Part shown: one piece after another, positions 23,241 to 35,439 of the stretch
Position numbering within the stretch: the first letter of the stretch is position 1
Layout of the letters: every line of letters begins with the position of its first letter
Source: Felis catus
Taxonomy: Eukaryota
Length of the DNA stretch: 64,000 bases
Direction of reading: 5' to 3'
Assembly: GCF_018350175.1 (NCBI RefSeq)
Contig: NC_058368.1
Coordinates: 8,618,001 to 8,682,000, forward strand
Position numbers and translations under genes: made by a program
The notes under the pieces: generated by a model
Told to the model about the DNA's origin: nothing
Databases searched by the model: none
What the model saw: the letters and a program-made list of their open reading frames with translations, nothing else

Positions 23241-24679
23241 TCGGTAATAATTACTTTTAAAGAAAAACTCTGCCTGTGTTGCAAGTATATGAGACAATCA
23301 TTTAGACTCGTGTCTGTTTTCATTGGTTTCAACACTTACCACTCGTGATTTTTGCGTCATGATTTCCTCATTCTTGTCCTCCACAGTCTGTGACTAGTGT
23401 GGGTCCTGCGTCTCTGAGACAGTGAGTGGATGGGGCAGAGGAATAGCAATCCCCCCCTTACCTTGGGCCCTCTCTCCATCAGTCAGCATTCTCGAGGCTG
23501 GCTTTTCTCTATCAAGCATCACTTGCTCTGTAATTAGCAACTGCTTTCCCAAACATTTGGTTGAAATGTTAGGTTGTCCGCACTCGTGGTGTCAGTGTAG
23601 AGGGTTTGCTTCTTTCTCTTGAGTTTTCACAGATGAAACGCCACAGATCTAGGGCTGCTAACCAGATGCCATTTTAAATCCTCATTTAAACTTTTCCCCA
23701 TCAAAATAGAGATTGAATTTATTTATGAGTATGCGCATCTTCCCTAAATGATGACAATAACCTCACTTAAGAATAAATGAGGGAACATGTTAAATTTAGA
23801 GTCTTCAGACTGTTAGGAATAAGCCAAGAAGAGATCGATGCCCACATGATGGGAAGGTAATCTTCTCCCAGGGGTGCCAGCTCCTGAAGACTCTCTGGGC
23901 TGTTTTGAGCACCACTGTATTTTCTGGCCCTGCTCACAGACTGTTGTGAGCCAAGGAAAACATGACTTTGCTGTGAGGTTGACCTCTCTGCAGTCCCATG
24001 TCCTGTCAGACAGCGTGCCAGAGATAGTGAAAGAGAACAGGAATTAGTCCTAAATGCCGTGGCTAATTTTGGAATGGCTTCCTTTGGTAGGAAACCAACT
24101 TGTTAGTGCTTGGTGGTGTTCTGAACAAATTGTTCTCTGTCCTAAGTGATGGGACGATCACCGGAGTGGAAGATGATCGCCCAAAAGTGTTTGATTGTTT
24201 GCCTCTGCCTGCCTGTGTGCCCTGTTAGAGGATTAGAGACCACCAATCAATCGAAAATGCTCTGCTGAACTTGATGATGCACCATCTGCACAATTTTAAG
24301 TAGAGCCCGTGCTTCGGACAATCAGGGAGGCTTTCGTCATGGGAACCAGCCATTCGCAAGCATTCCCATGGTGGCTGCAGGTCGTACTTGACAATACAAC
24401 CAAACCTGGGTTCGTGCTTATCCCAAGCCTGACATTATGCTTCTGGACTACTGGTGTACCTGCTGGAACAGGTCAGTGTCCATGTGCACTAGTATCAGGA
24501 GGGGAACGGAAACAGCCTTGGGGTTCCCCAACCCCTTCAGGGACCAAAAAAAAAATTGAATCCCGTCCTAATTCTGGACTAAACTGGTTGCTGGAATAAA
24601 ATATATTCATGTTTGGCTCTTGAGGACATTAAAGCATAGCAAACTTAATTACACCTCATAGCAAATCTTCACCAGTTGT

Positions 24680-25165
24680 TTTTCTCTCAGCCACTAAATG
24701 TCGAGCACCAACTGCATGACCAGCACTGGAATACGACTGTGAGGACCCTGGCTTCAAGGTGCTTCCGGTACAGTGTAGTGGAACAAATGGGAAGTTTTTT
24801 CATGATAAGGTATGGTTAGTGATGGGATAGGGGTAAATAGAAGGTATCCCGGAGGCAGAGGGAAGGATGCCTCAGTATGACGGAATGGGGTGTGGAGAAG
24901 CTTCCTGACACGGGCCTTGAAGAGTATGGGAGAATTAGCCAGGCAGACAAAGGACAGAGAGACACATTCCAGGTAGAAGGTATGCCTAGAGATGCTACTG
25001 GGGAAGGTGCCAAACAGTTCAGTGTGACTGGAGCCTTGGGAAGAAGGTGTAGTTACGCGAGCCCGTAGGATCCCCGTGACAAAGAGCTTTGTGTGCAGTA
25101 CGAATTGTGCTCTTCCCAGCCCTGATCGGAGCTGCAAATACATACTTAATAGGAGTGATGTGCTT
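24680..25165 (-). mobile_element. Degenerate L2
   Basis: GAGCACCAACTG..CCAGCACTGG, GAAGCTTCCTGA..GGCCTTGAAG and CATTCCAGGTAGAAGG blocks. Confidence 0.55.
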
Positions 25166-25488
25166 TATTTATTTTCTTTCCTTTGCACCCTTTTGGTCAA
25201 GGATGCTTACGTGTTAATGAATCAAGATCAAGAGTCAAGTGGTAGTTAGCCAAATACGTAATGCGTATTGAATTTGTGTACGAAACTGTGCTAGGTGCTA
25301 GGAGGATTAAAGAAAACAACCACATTGCTAGTTAAATTTTGGTATACGCTTCCTGCCATCCGACACAGCTCCCAATAAATGGGTGTCCAGTTTTCTTAAG
25401 TGGACATGCCATTTGGGAAACTGTATGTGTATGTGTATGTGTGCATATATGTATTTTGACCGATATTTTTACACAGACATGTATCAGT

Positions 25489-25663
25489 CAGTGGTTCTCA
25501 GCCTTTAAAGTGCCCCAGAATCACGTGGAAGGCTTCTTAAAACAATTTTCTGGGACCTACCCTTAGCGTCTGTGATTCAGAGTACTGGAGGTGGAGCCCA
25601 AGAATCTGTGTTTCCAGTAGTAAGTTCCTGGGTGATACTAAATGTTGCTGGTCCAGAGACCAC
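25489..25663. mobile_element. MER5A (hAT-Charlie)
   Basis: CAGTGGTTCTCA...AGAATCAC.TGGA...GCCCAAGAATCTG...GCTGGTCCAGAGACCAC. Confidence 0.85.
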
Positions 25664-26564
25664 GGATATAAATGCATGCAAATTGTAAACGTTCAGATGT
25701 CTGAGAGAAAAAGAGTTACGGCGCAGCCCGAACAGGATAGGGTGAGTCACCGGTGAATATTGTACCTGTTTTTAGAGGAGGAGAGAAAAGTCGGATTTTC
25801 AAGCATGAGCCAGGAGGCCGTGTTAGCTTGAAGGGACCACACTGCCAAGCGAGTAAAGAAGTTCTGCTTCAAGGGCCAGTAAGCTAGTTATCTTGGCTGA
25901 TGCAGAGACTTCTTGGCTATGAAATAATGAAAACATTAACAGAGAACGTTAGGCCGGGAAGGAATGGTGAGTGAAGTGTCCACATGGGTCTCTCACAAAG
26001 CCAAAATATTTGTGTCTCGAATAATAGGCTTTTAGGAAGTCACTGCCGGGTCCTCAGAAGCATTCCAGTTGCGTTTAGCAGGACATTCTCTAGGTCCTGA
26101 GTTAGATGAACAAAAGTCGGGATAAATCAGAAGCACTAACACAAGCAGAAAGCTGTTGTATTTTTCTAGATGTAAGGTGGTGAAGACTCGGGTCTAACTT
26201 TTGTGTGCGGAAATATTAATAGAAACAAAATAAAATCGAGAAAAACTGGGGAGAGCTTATAATTTAATAAGACAGACAAGACAGATCAGTCAGCCTTCCT
26301 TACTTCCTTTCATTTTTTTTCTAAGTATGGTGTTCCACGTATCGTCATTGCTTAATAAATTGTTCACTGAACAGATAAATGACTTACAGGCTAACCGCAA
26401 GGACATTTTCTGCCTCTCTTATCCAAAATACGGAGATTACGTAGCAAGTCTATCTCTGGGCATAACACAAATAAACAAAATAATTGGTATAAATTACTTT
26501 CATCCTCCAAAAGTCTGAATACGATTATCACCGCTAATGACAGAACGAGAAATCAAGCTCTCGT

Positions 26565-26830
26565 GTGGATTTAAATTGGCTCAGAGAAAGGAAATTTGTG
26601 CAGATCCCCTGCACAGAGAGGATTTAATGGGGTGCCTCAGGAATTGGTGCCTAACATTGGAAATAATTAGTTGGAGAAAAGTAGCTAGCTCCTTGAAATA
26701 GCAGATGACACAAAGTTATGTAGGCTGCTGAGAACCACAGAGAATTCCACAAAACATTCCAGAAGGATCTAATCAAACGGTATGACCAGAAAATAGGACA
26801 GCAGCTCCATTTTAATGAAGATAAATGGCT
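26565..26830 (+). mobile_element. Ancient CR1/L3 LINE reverse transcriptase fragment
   Basis: Hand translation gives NWLRERK, NGVPQELV (26626-), ADDTKL (26701-), FQKDL and FNEDK in the order of the CR1-clade RT motifs GVPQGSV, FADDTKL, QxDL and FNxxKC. Confidence 0.7.
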
Positions 26831-27018
26831 TGCTTAGAAACAGAAATAGGTTCAGTGTTCTCTGCATGTTGATGAATCAAGAGGATCAAGAAGTAATGGA
26901 GGGAAAGGCAGCCTGTCATGGTGGCCAGCACATGCCCTGAAAGGCCAAAGCACGGTGTGCATTCGTTTGTTCATTCATCCGCCTATTCAGTGGATTATTC
27001 ATTTAGCATACCCCCTCC

Positions 27019-27240
27019 TTTTTTTTTTAAAGATTTTTTTTAACGTTTATTTGTTTTTGAGCCAGAGAGAGAGCGTGAACGGGGGAGGGTCAGAGAGAGA
27101 GGGAGACACAGAATCCGAAACAGGCTCCAGGCTCTGAGCTGTCAGCGCAGAGCCCGACGCGGGACTCGAACTCACGGACCGTGAGATCATGACCTGAGCC
27201 GACATCAGATGCTTAACCGACTGAGCCACCCAGGCGCCCC
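27019..27240 (-). mobile_element. Young felid CanSINE
   Basis: CpG-rich full-length copy. Confidence 0.96.
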
Positions 27241-27241
27241 C

Positions 27242-27460
27242 TTTTTTTTTTAATTTTTAAAAATGTTTATTTTTGAGAGAGAGCATGCACTAGTGGGAGA
27301 GGGGCAGAGAGAGAGAGGGAGACAGAAAATCGGAAGCAGGTTCCGGGCTCCGAGCTGTTAGCACTGCGCCCGAGGCGGGGCTCGAACCCAGAAACCGGGA
27401 CATCACGACCTGAGCCGAAGTCGGACACTCAACCGACAGAGCCCCCACCCTGGGCACCCC
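27242..27460 (-). mobile_element. Felid CanSINE, in tandem with the previous copy
   Basis: Second full copy directly adjacent. Confidence 0.93.
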
Positions 27461-27546
27461 ACAGCTCCTATTTTTAAACTAGCTCACGGTCTAGTGAGAG
27501 GGATCGGAAGCTAAACAGATGTGGCTATAAAACCACCAAATATTAG

Positions 27547-28152
27547 TTGTATGCATTTTCTATTACTGTGTAACAAATCATACAAACTTAATGGCTTGAA
27601 ACAACACACCTTTTCTCTCAATTCCTATGGGTCGGGGTGTTGGCATAGCCGAGCGGGCCCCCACCCCTGCTCAGGGTCTCAGAGGGCCGCACTGCAGGTG
27701 TCCGGCCGTTTCCCCATTTGACACCCGAGTGGAGAATTCATTCCCGTGCTGACTTAGGCTGCTGGCAGGATTTACTTTCCTGAGGCTGTACAACTGAGGG
27801 TCTTGGCTTTTTGTTTGCTGCTGTCTAGAGCCCACCTGCAATTTTAGAGCTCACCTGCGGTTCCTACAAGCGATCAGCAATTCTTCGCCATGTGGCCCTG
27901 CCCAACTTAACCACTCACTTCCTCAAATTAGCAAGGAGAATGTCTGCCCCCCCCCCCCAGTCTAAGGTGGATACTTCTGTAATCTCACCTCATCTTCAGA
28001 CAGCTTCCCTCCCGTGCCTTCGCCGCATCGTATTTGTTATAAACAAGTCACAGGTCCGACCTGCACTCAAGAGAAAGCGACTACACAGGGCATAAACAAT
28101 GGGAGGTGGAATTATGGGGTGTGGTCACGTTGGGGGTCTGTCTGCTCCCATA
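27547..28152 (-). mobile_element. MLT1-type MaLR solo LTR
   Basis: TCTATTACTGTGTAACAAAT..CAAACTTAATGGCTTGAAACAACAC and AAGTCACAGGTC...CACTCAAG blocks. Confidence 0.8.
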
Positions 28153-29191
28153 ATATACTAGAGGCTTCTTAGCAAAGAGTACGTCTGAAGCAAATATATT
28201 CAGAAGGTTGTCAGATACATGATTCATCTACCTCCCTTGGCGCTTTTGGTTGCATCCTTATACTTAAAGTTACTGGATGGTTTTATTGTTGCACCTGGTG
28301 GGACTGTCTCCGTTAAGTTGTACTTCACTGCCGTGCTATTAACTTCCATCAAAGTTCACATAATAGCAATAGGAATAATTACTGTTGACTAGTGCGGCTT
28401 ATTCCTGTGGCTTTCTTCTGTGAACTTTGATAAAAGTTAATAATAATCTTCAGTTTAGCTTTCTCTTCCACTGAACAAGCTCCTAAAAACAGGTTTGGAG
28501 TAAACCGACTGAAGAATACATCTCGAGTGTTAACACCAGGCACCGTCCCCCACCCCTGCCATCTCATTGCCTTCTCAGGGCCTTACAGAATTTTTAGGCA
28601 CTTCGCCTCTCTAATTTTTGTCAGAGCAGTCAGTCTCTTCGTAGAAATCTCTCTCTTCGCGTGCTTGTAGGTCAGCCACAATGGCACATGTGATTGGCCT
28701 AAATAGTTTCAGAAGCAAAAATAACCAATTCATCGTAGCACAAAGAATACACCATCACACGGTTGATTCAGACACCAGGGCAAAAGGTCTGTCCCCAAGT
28801 GGCAACCTGGCCCCCCTGACTCAAGGGGGTCATGCTCTCAGCCCCTGTTCCTCCCGCCGTCCTCTGAAATATTACTTCTGCATTTGTTGCGAAACTTTGT
28901 TGTCGCTGTTGGTTGTTATAGCTCTCCGTTAATTACACGACGCTCTTCATAAAAATTTATGTTAAAGTGTCAAGTAAATCTTTACTCATAGGATACCAGT
29001 GCCTTTGTAATAAAGAGAGCACCATAACTTCTGAGAGTCTCTCCTTTGGCCTGGCTGAAGTGTGCGGCCACAACGTGAGATGCAGATATTCTGGACAAAG
29101 CACCACTTTAGACCCTGGGGTACCGGGCCTTTGATGTTTACTACTGATACCAATACGTGGTTTGCTTATGCAATTTGGAACAATATACTTT

Positions 29192-29406
29192 TTTTTTTGT
29201 TAACGTTTATTCATTCTTAAGAGACAGAGACAGAGTGCACTTGGGGGAGGGGCAAAGAGACAGAGAGGGAGACACAGAATCCGAAGCGGGCTCCAGGCTC
29301 CAAGCCACCAGCACAGAGCCCGACGCGGGGCTCGAACTCACAAACCGTGAGATCATGACCCAAACCGAAGTCGGACACTTAACCGACTGAGCCACCCAGG
29401 TGCTCC
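29192..29406 (-). mobile_element. Felid CanSINE
   Basis: TSD TGGAACAATATACTTT / TGGAACGAGATACTTT. Confidence 0.95.
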
Positions 29407-29437
29407 TGGAACGAGATACTTTTAAGAACAAATATGG

Positions 29438-29651
29438 GGGGCGCCTGGGTGGCTCAGTCAGTTAAGCGTCCGACTTCAGCTCAGGTCACTATCTCGCAGT
29501 CCGTGAGTTCAAGCCCTGAGTCGGGCTCTGGGCTGATGGCTCAGAGCCTGGAGCCTACTTCCGATTCTGTGTCTCCCTCTCTCTCTTCCCCTCCCCCACT
29601 CATGCTCTGTCTCTCTCTGTCAGAAATAAACATTAAAAATTAAAAAAAAAA
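29438..29651 (+). mobile_element. Young felid CanSINE
   Basis: Perfect TSD AAGAACAAATATGG at 29424-29437 and 29652-29665. Confidence 0.96.
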
Positions 29652-30039
29652 AAGAACAAATATGGGAATGGAATCTTTGAGAAGCAGCTACGATAGTCAC
29701 CACAGATTCACACTCCCATTTCTTGATCCAAAGATACCAGCTCCTTACACAGATGTTGTAAATCACCAAGGAATTCGTATTCTAGGTCGTCATGCAACCA
29801 ACATTGGCAGCTGCCATCACTGTTGTGGATCGTATGGTGTTTGCCATTCTAAACTCCAAATCAGACCTCCTTATTGATGTTTGGCAAACATGCTAAGAGT
29901 CCAGTGTTTACTTGGCAACTGAGACAAGTCATTTATCCAACAAGAGAGGCTACTTACTACCTCTGCAGGTACGACTCAGTGCCGGTAGGAAGACCAATGA
30001 TGTTTGGCTTATGGTCTTCACATTTCTTGGTGACGCACA

Positions 30040-30235
30040 CGGGGTGCACTGTTCTATGCAGACCTGAGGTCACGGGTCTCCCATCTGTAACTTGGGAAGC
30101 ACAATTTTATCCGTGTTGCGGGATTGTTTTGAGAATGAAAGATAATTTGTGCAGAGTGCCTAGGGCAGTATAGGATAGATTAAGTATGCAAATAGATGTT
30201 TGTTGAAAGAACGAATGAGTGAAGGAGCGAATGAA
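30040..30235 (+). mobile_element. MIR
   Basis: CCCATCTGTAAC...GGATTGTTTTGAGAATGAAAGATAAT..GTGCAGAGTGCCT. Confidence 0.65.
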
Positions 30236-30894
30236 CAAACACACTGGTGAATTACTGTTGGGTGGCAGTTTCCAGCCAGGATGGAAATACGGGTGACTAA
30301 CCAAGGACTAACAGGTGACAACAGTGATTGCAGATACTCTGGTTCACTTTACCAAGATGGCTATAGTAATACCCATTGTAAAAGAAATCCAAATAAAGCC
30401 TGTATGTCGTGAGATCAAAACTGACTCTGCTACTCAGTCGATTCTCAGGCATTAAACCATCAGTGAAGTACATTTAGGAGGGAGTACTGTTCGTCTGACA
30501 AGCCTGTGATAGCATTTAGGTTATATTCATAGTCGGCACCTCCTAATGTCCACATTCCGACCTTCTCCTTAGAAAACTCCCTTAGCTGATGAAATGGGAA
30601 CTAGCAGCGAGTGGATTGTGCCTCATGTCTGCAGTTACAAGTGTCTGTCAGAGCCAGTCTGAAACCAGGAGCTTCTTGTATCCCAGACCAGAGTATGTGA
30701 AAGGAGGATTTTATAGCACAATGCTAATATTCACTTTGATCCAATTAATTGTTTCCAATGAATCTCTTTTTAAAGACTCGTACTAAATAAGTGCCATAAT
30801 AAATATCTTACGAGGCATTAGGATAGAGAGAGGTGTCCTAAAAACGATGCTCAAGATGCTCTCATTTTTCTCATGTAGGAGGCTTGGTGGGCTT

Positions 30895-31000
30895 AGGAGA
30901 CTATGACCTCGGAAGAATCCCCCAGCTCTCTGAATTTCAAGTCTACCTACACAACGCTTGGGTTGTACCAGATGACTTCCATAATGCTTTCCACTTAAGT
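30895..31000 (+). mobile_element. MIR3/MIRc-like remnant
   Basis: CTATGACCTCGG..CTCTCTGAA..TCAAG and GGGTTGTACCAGATGACTTCC..TTTCCA resemble the MIR core and the MIR3 tail. Confidence 0.5.
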
Positions 31001-31310
31001 AGCCCAAAGTTCTTTGTAAGTCGGCTGATCTGGACAGATCCCCAGTTAAAGTGGCTCTTGACCCTTCAGGGAACTGTAGCGGTCCCAACTGAAGCCAGGT
31101 TGTCTGGTTAGACAGAACAGGGCGATTGTCGTGTCATTACTGTTAACCTGTTACCCGCCTACCTGTTACCCGCCTAAGACGCCTCCGTAGTTTAAAAACA
31201 CATTTTCCAGTTCTGCATGGTGGAATTTAACTGATACATTTTAACAAACCACCCTCAAACACAATAATTTATCTCCTTTGGAAATAAATTAGCCGATTCC
31301 ATTCGCCCCC

Positions 31311-31311
<1 letters not shown>

Positions 31312-31361
<50 letters not shown>
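31312..31361. repeat. (AC)n microsatellite
   Basis: About 25 perfect units. Confidence 0.97.
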
Positions 31362-31365
<4 letters not shown>

Positions 31366-33587
31366 GCAGCCACTCTGTCAAAGTCTCTCCACCATCCTGT
31401 GGGAGCCTCTCCTCACAGTGTGTTACAACTGCAAATGCTTAAACAGGGTATCAGGAGGTTCCTGGCCCTCAACACTCTCCCACTGTGTGCTTCCGTCTCC
31501 TGGGGGAGAAGAGTGCCTGGAACCTGATTCCCCTTCACAGCACTGCCTCCAGCTCTAGGACCACCCCACGTGGTTCCGGCTACCCACATGCCACGGACTT
31601 GACCCCGTTCTGCCCTTTGTCTGGTTCAGCTCTTGCTGAGTGAGCCTTGTATCCCCCTGCCTGTCCTCCCCAGTTCTCCTCCGCTTGGGTTTCATTTAAC
31701 AGTGTTTCACTTGGGTTGAAAAGACTTAGGTGATTTTAACATTTTAGAGACTCTGGGTTTTATTTGGTTGGAAGGAAAATAGAGTCGTATTACTGATACG
31801 GACCAGTACTCTCTGTTACTCAGCCAAGAAGTTTTTTTAAGAGTCAAAAGTGTACCCAGGTGGCAGGAAGAAAAACTGGCCTCGGGGCATGTAAAAGATT
31901 CTAATCTTCCTCCTTCAAAAGGGCTTGAAGGGTGGGTGGCAAATCAAAGTAACATTTAGAATGTTGATGGTCCTTCATTATGACTGTCCTTCCGACTGTG
32001 GCTTTGCTGTCACATTACTCACTGGTTCTAACTACGAAAATTACACAAAAAAATCATGTTTTGTAGACCAATTTAGTAGAAAATAAATTCTTAGTTGAAC
32101 ACGTTTAAGATTTATGGGAAGACAAGTGTTAAACGATGGATTTTCGTCAGGAATTATATCATAGTTTAATAGCTGAATTCATTTGTTTGGTTACTCTTCC
32201 AATTTGTAGATGCTTTTCAAATATTTAAAAGCAACATGAGCTAATCTATATAATCATTTCACTTATCTTTCTTATAATATTGCAGAAGTTTATAGTCTTA
32301 CTAGAAATATAAATGAATTAAAAGGCCATCATCTCATGCATTATTAAACATAGCAAATCCTACCACTGGCTAAATCAATTAACCATTAACCTTCTCACAA
32401 CACAATGTGCCAGGAATCGATGTCATAAATAATATACTTTTGCAGTGATGGTGCAGAATGGGATTTCTGCATAGCTAATATTAGAATGCCAGATAAAAAA
32501 CCAAGTGTCTGGACGTTACTAGATACACTTCTGCAGGGAAAGCAATGCATGAAACGAATTCAAATTACCTATCATCGTGCCATATGCTGCAGCTTTTGCT
32601 AATACATTTAATTGTCTGACAGATTTATCCCACTTCAAATTATTTAATATCGCTGAGCTGGATTGAATCTTATGTATTACCTATTAACAACTCATAACCT
32701 TGTAGCTTTCCCTTGTATCTCGAGTCTATAATTTTTAAGACACTGATCATTTCAAAAAGAGAAGAAAAAATCGTTGGCACAAAGATGTAAATCACATTAC
32801 AAAGCCGCTATCAACACGGTAAGTGAAAAAGAATCTAAGTGTAACTGATGCCGGCTTCTCCTGTTGATGGAAGAAAATGCCAGGAGGATGGCATCCGGAA
32901 CACGATGGGTCTGTAACAAGAAACCTGGACCTAGATTTTAAAGTTCCAGTTTCGTTTCCCTCAACTGTAAGGATGAATTCTCATGGTTAGGAAGGTTGAT
33001 AAAGGTAAAATATAATACCACCACAAGGGTTTAGAAGATTTGAAAGCTTTACCTACGTTTGATGAAACTTTATTTTCTCCAATAGCACAAAGTATGCCTT
33101 TTCGGTCTTGAAGAGATGTGTGGGTTTCTATCACACCCCAATAGGGAAAGTAAGACTTGAGTGAACTGTGGGGTTTAAGAGGATCAGAATTTCATTAAAA
33201 GGGGCTGATAGCATTTGGTCTTTCCATATCTCTATATAATTTGTAGTGCCCTCAGCAAAATAGAAACACATAAACTAAGTCCAGTTCGTTCGATCTTATC
33301 GCTGGAAACAAAGTCAACCTATTGTCTGCCCGCTTCCGGCAAGTAATCACACGAACTGCGCCCTCGTGGGACAAGCACAATGGAGTGGGAAGTGAAGGGC
33401 AGGATCAGAAAGCAGCAGACTCAGGATAGATACCCTCCAAAAAAAGACTCCAGTGTTCCATCTTCAAATTACACAGTCAGTATTAAGATTGTGGAAAATT
33501 TGCAAGGTGGAGGGAAAACCACCAGCACTCCCAGCACCCCCACTCAGTTATGTGTGTATACGTATTTTGCTTTCAGAACGTTGGTCT

Positions 33588-34022
33588 TTTTTTTTTTTTT
33601 TTTTTTGATTGAGGTTTAGTTGACATGCAACGTTATATGTTTCAGGTGTACAATACAGTGATTAGACAATTCTGTACATTACTCAGTGCTCATCGCGGTA
33701 AGTGTAGTTGCCATCTGTCACCATGAAGTCCTATAATGGACTGTATACCCTCTGCGGTACTTTTCATCTCTGTGACTTACATATTTTATAACTGGAATTT
33801 TGTACCTCTTAATCCCCTTCACCTATTTCCCCCATCCCCCACCCTCGAAGTTTATTCTCTGTATGGATGAGTCTATTTCTTTTTTGTTTTAGATTCCGCA
33901 CATATGTGAGATCATATGGTATTTGTCTTTCTCTGTTTGACTCAACGTAATACCCTCTAGGTCCATCTATGTTGTTGCAAATGGCAAGATCTCATTCTTT
34001 TATGGCTGGCTGAGTAATATTC

Positions 34023-34069
<47 letters not shown>

Positions 34070-34820
34070 TGCACGCGTGTGCTTGTATTTTTGGGTAAGT
34101 ACCCGGTAGTTGAATTACTGGATCATCTGGTATTTCTGTTTGTAATTTTTTTGAGGAACCTCCACACTGTTTTCCAGAGCAGCTGCACCAGTTTGCATTC
34201 CTACCAACAGTACAAGAGGGTCCTTTTCTCCACATCCTTGCCAACACCCGTTGTTTCTTGTGTTTTTAGTTTTAGCCATCCTGACAGGAGGGAGGTGATA
34301 TCTCAGGTTGCTTTTGATCTGTATTTCCCTGATGATGAGTGATGCTGAGCATCTTTTCATGTATCGGGTAGCCTTTTGTGTGTCTTCTTGGGAGAATGGT
34401 CCATTCACACCTTCTGCCTATGTTTTTTTTAAGCAGGTAGCTTATTTTTTGTGTTTTGTGGGTGCTTTTTTGTTGGTGCTGAGTTGTATAGTTTTTTATC
34501 TTAGATGTTAACTCTTTATCAGACATGTTCCCTTGCAAATGTCTTCTTGCATTTGGTAGGTGTCCCTTTTCTTTTGCTGTGTGCAAAAGCTCTTTATTTT
34601 AGTGCCATCCCAATAGTTTGTTTTTACTTCTGTTTCCTCTGCCCGAGGAGACATATCTAGAAATACGTTGCAAGAGATTATTGCCTATGTGTTCTTTTAC
34701 GAGTTTTATGGTTTCAGGGCTCACATTTAGGCTTTTAATCCTTATGAATTTATTTTGTGTCTGGTGTAAGAGAGCGGTCCAGTTTCATTCTCCGGCATGT
34801 ATCCAGTTTTTCCGACACCT
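33588..34820 (-). mobile_element. Carnivore L1 3' fragment with internal (GT)n
   Basis: Poly-T, 3' UTR, and minus-strand MKRCSASLIIREIQIKSNLRYHLPPVRMA. Confidence 0.9.
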
Positions 34821-34937
34821 GACTCAGATATGCGTGTGTACATATATTTCTTACACGTATACGTATCTCTGTGATTGTCATCATGATACAATATCGTTGG
34901 GCTTCTGCTTTTCCCCACTTAGCATTACCTCATAAGA

Positions 34938-35035
34938 AGGGTGATATTAAAGATACTTAACAGCCGGTAGGGCACAGATACTGACTCGGGAGGCATGGGC
35001 AGTAGCGAATCAGAATGGACCCTAGCCACAAATAG
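34938..35035. mobile_element. Probable ancient DNA transposon fragment
   Basis: GGGTGATATTAAAGATACTTAACAGCCGGTAGGGCAC...AATCAGAATGGAC resembles an old hAT-like MITE end as I recall it. Family not assigned. Confidence 0.4.
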
Positions 35036-35439
35036 TACGCAGACACCCTGGCTAAATGCTGTTCTTAAGTGCTACAGTTTCCATGACAATTACCTAACCA
35101 TTGCCCTACTGTTAACAATTCAGGGTGGTGCCATTTTTTAGTATTATATAATCATGTAACAAACAAATTATGTTAAAGCATTTTTCAGAATTAGATTGTG
35201 AATGGTCATCAGCTGGGTTTGTAGTCCTAAAAACTGGAAGTTGACAGTGGTTAAAAAGAATCATAAGTGAATTGCGTGTTGATGGGTTGCAGTTACAGGT
35301 TCCAACACTGCTTTACTGTATAATCCCGAACATTGGTTTCTCTGCCTGCCAAATGAAAATTGTACCTACCGTTGACAGAAGGTTCTCAAGTGACACAATA
35401 CAAGGCGCTGAAGCGCGCGTTACAAATAAAGAGGTCAAG

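Noticed and set aside
30879..31111. Acceptor followed by a protein-like ORF (GLGDYDLGRIPQLSEFQVYLHNAW)
   Set aside because: The sequence is better explained as a MIR3/MIRc remnant, and the following donor has a weak exonic context (TTT|GTAAGT).
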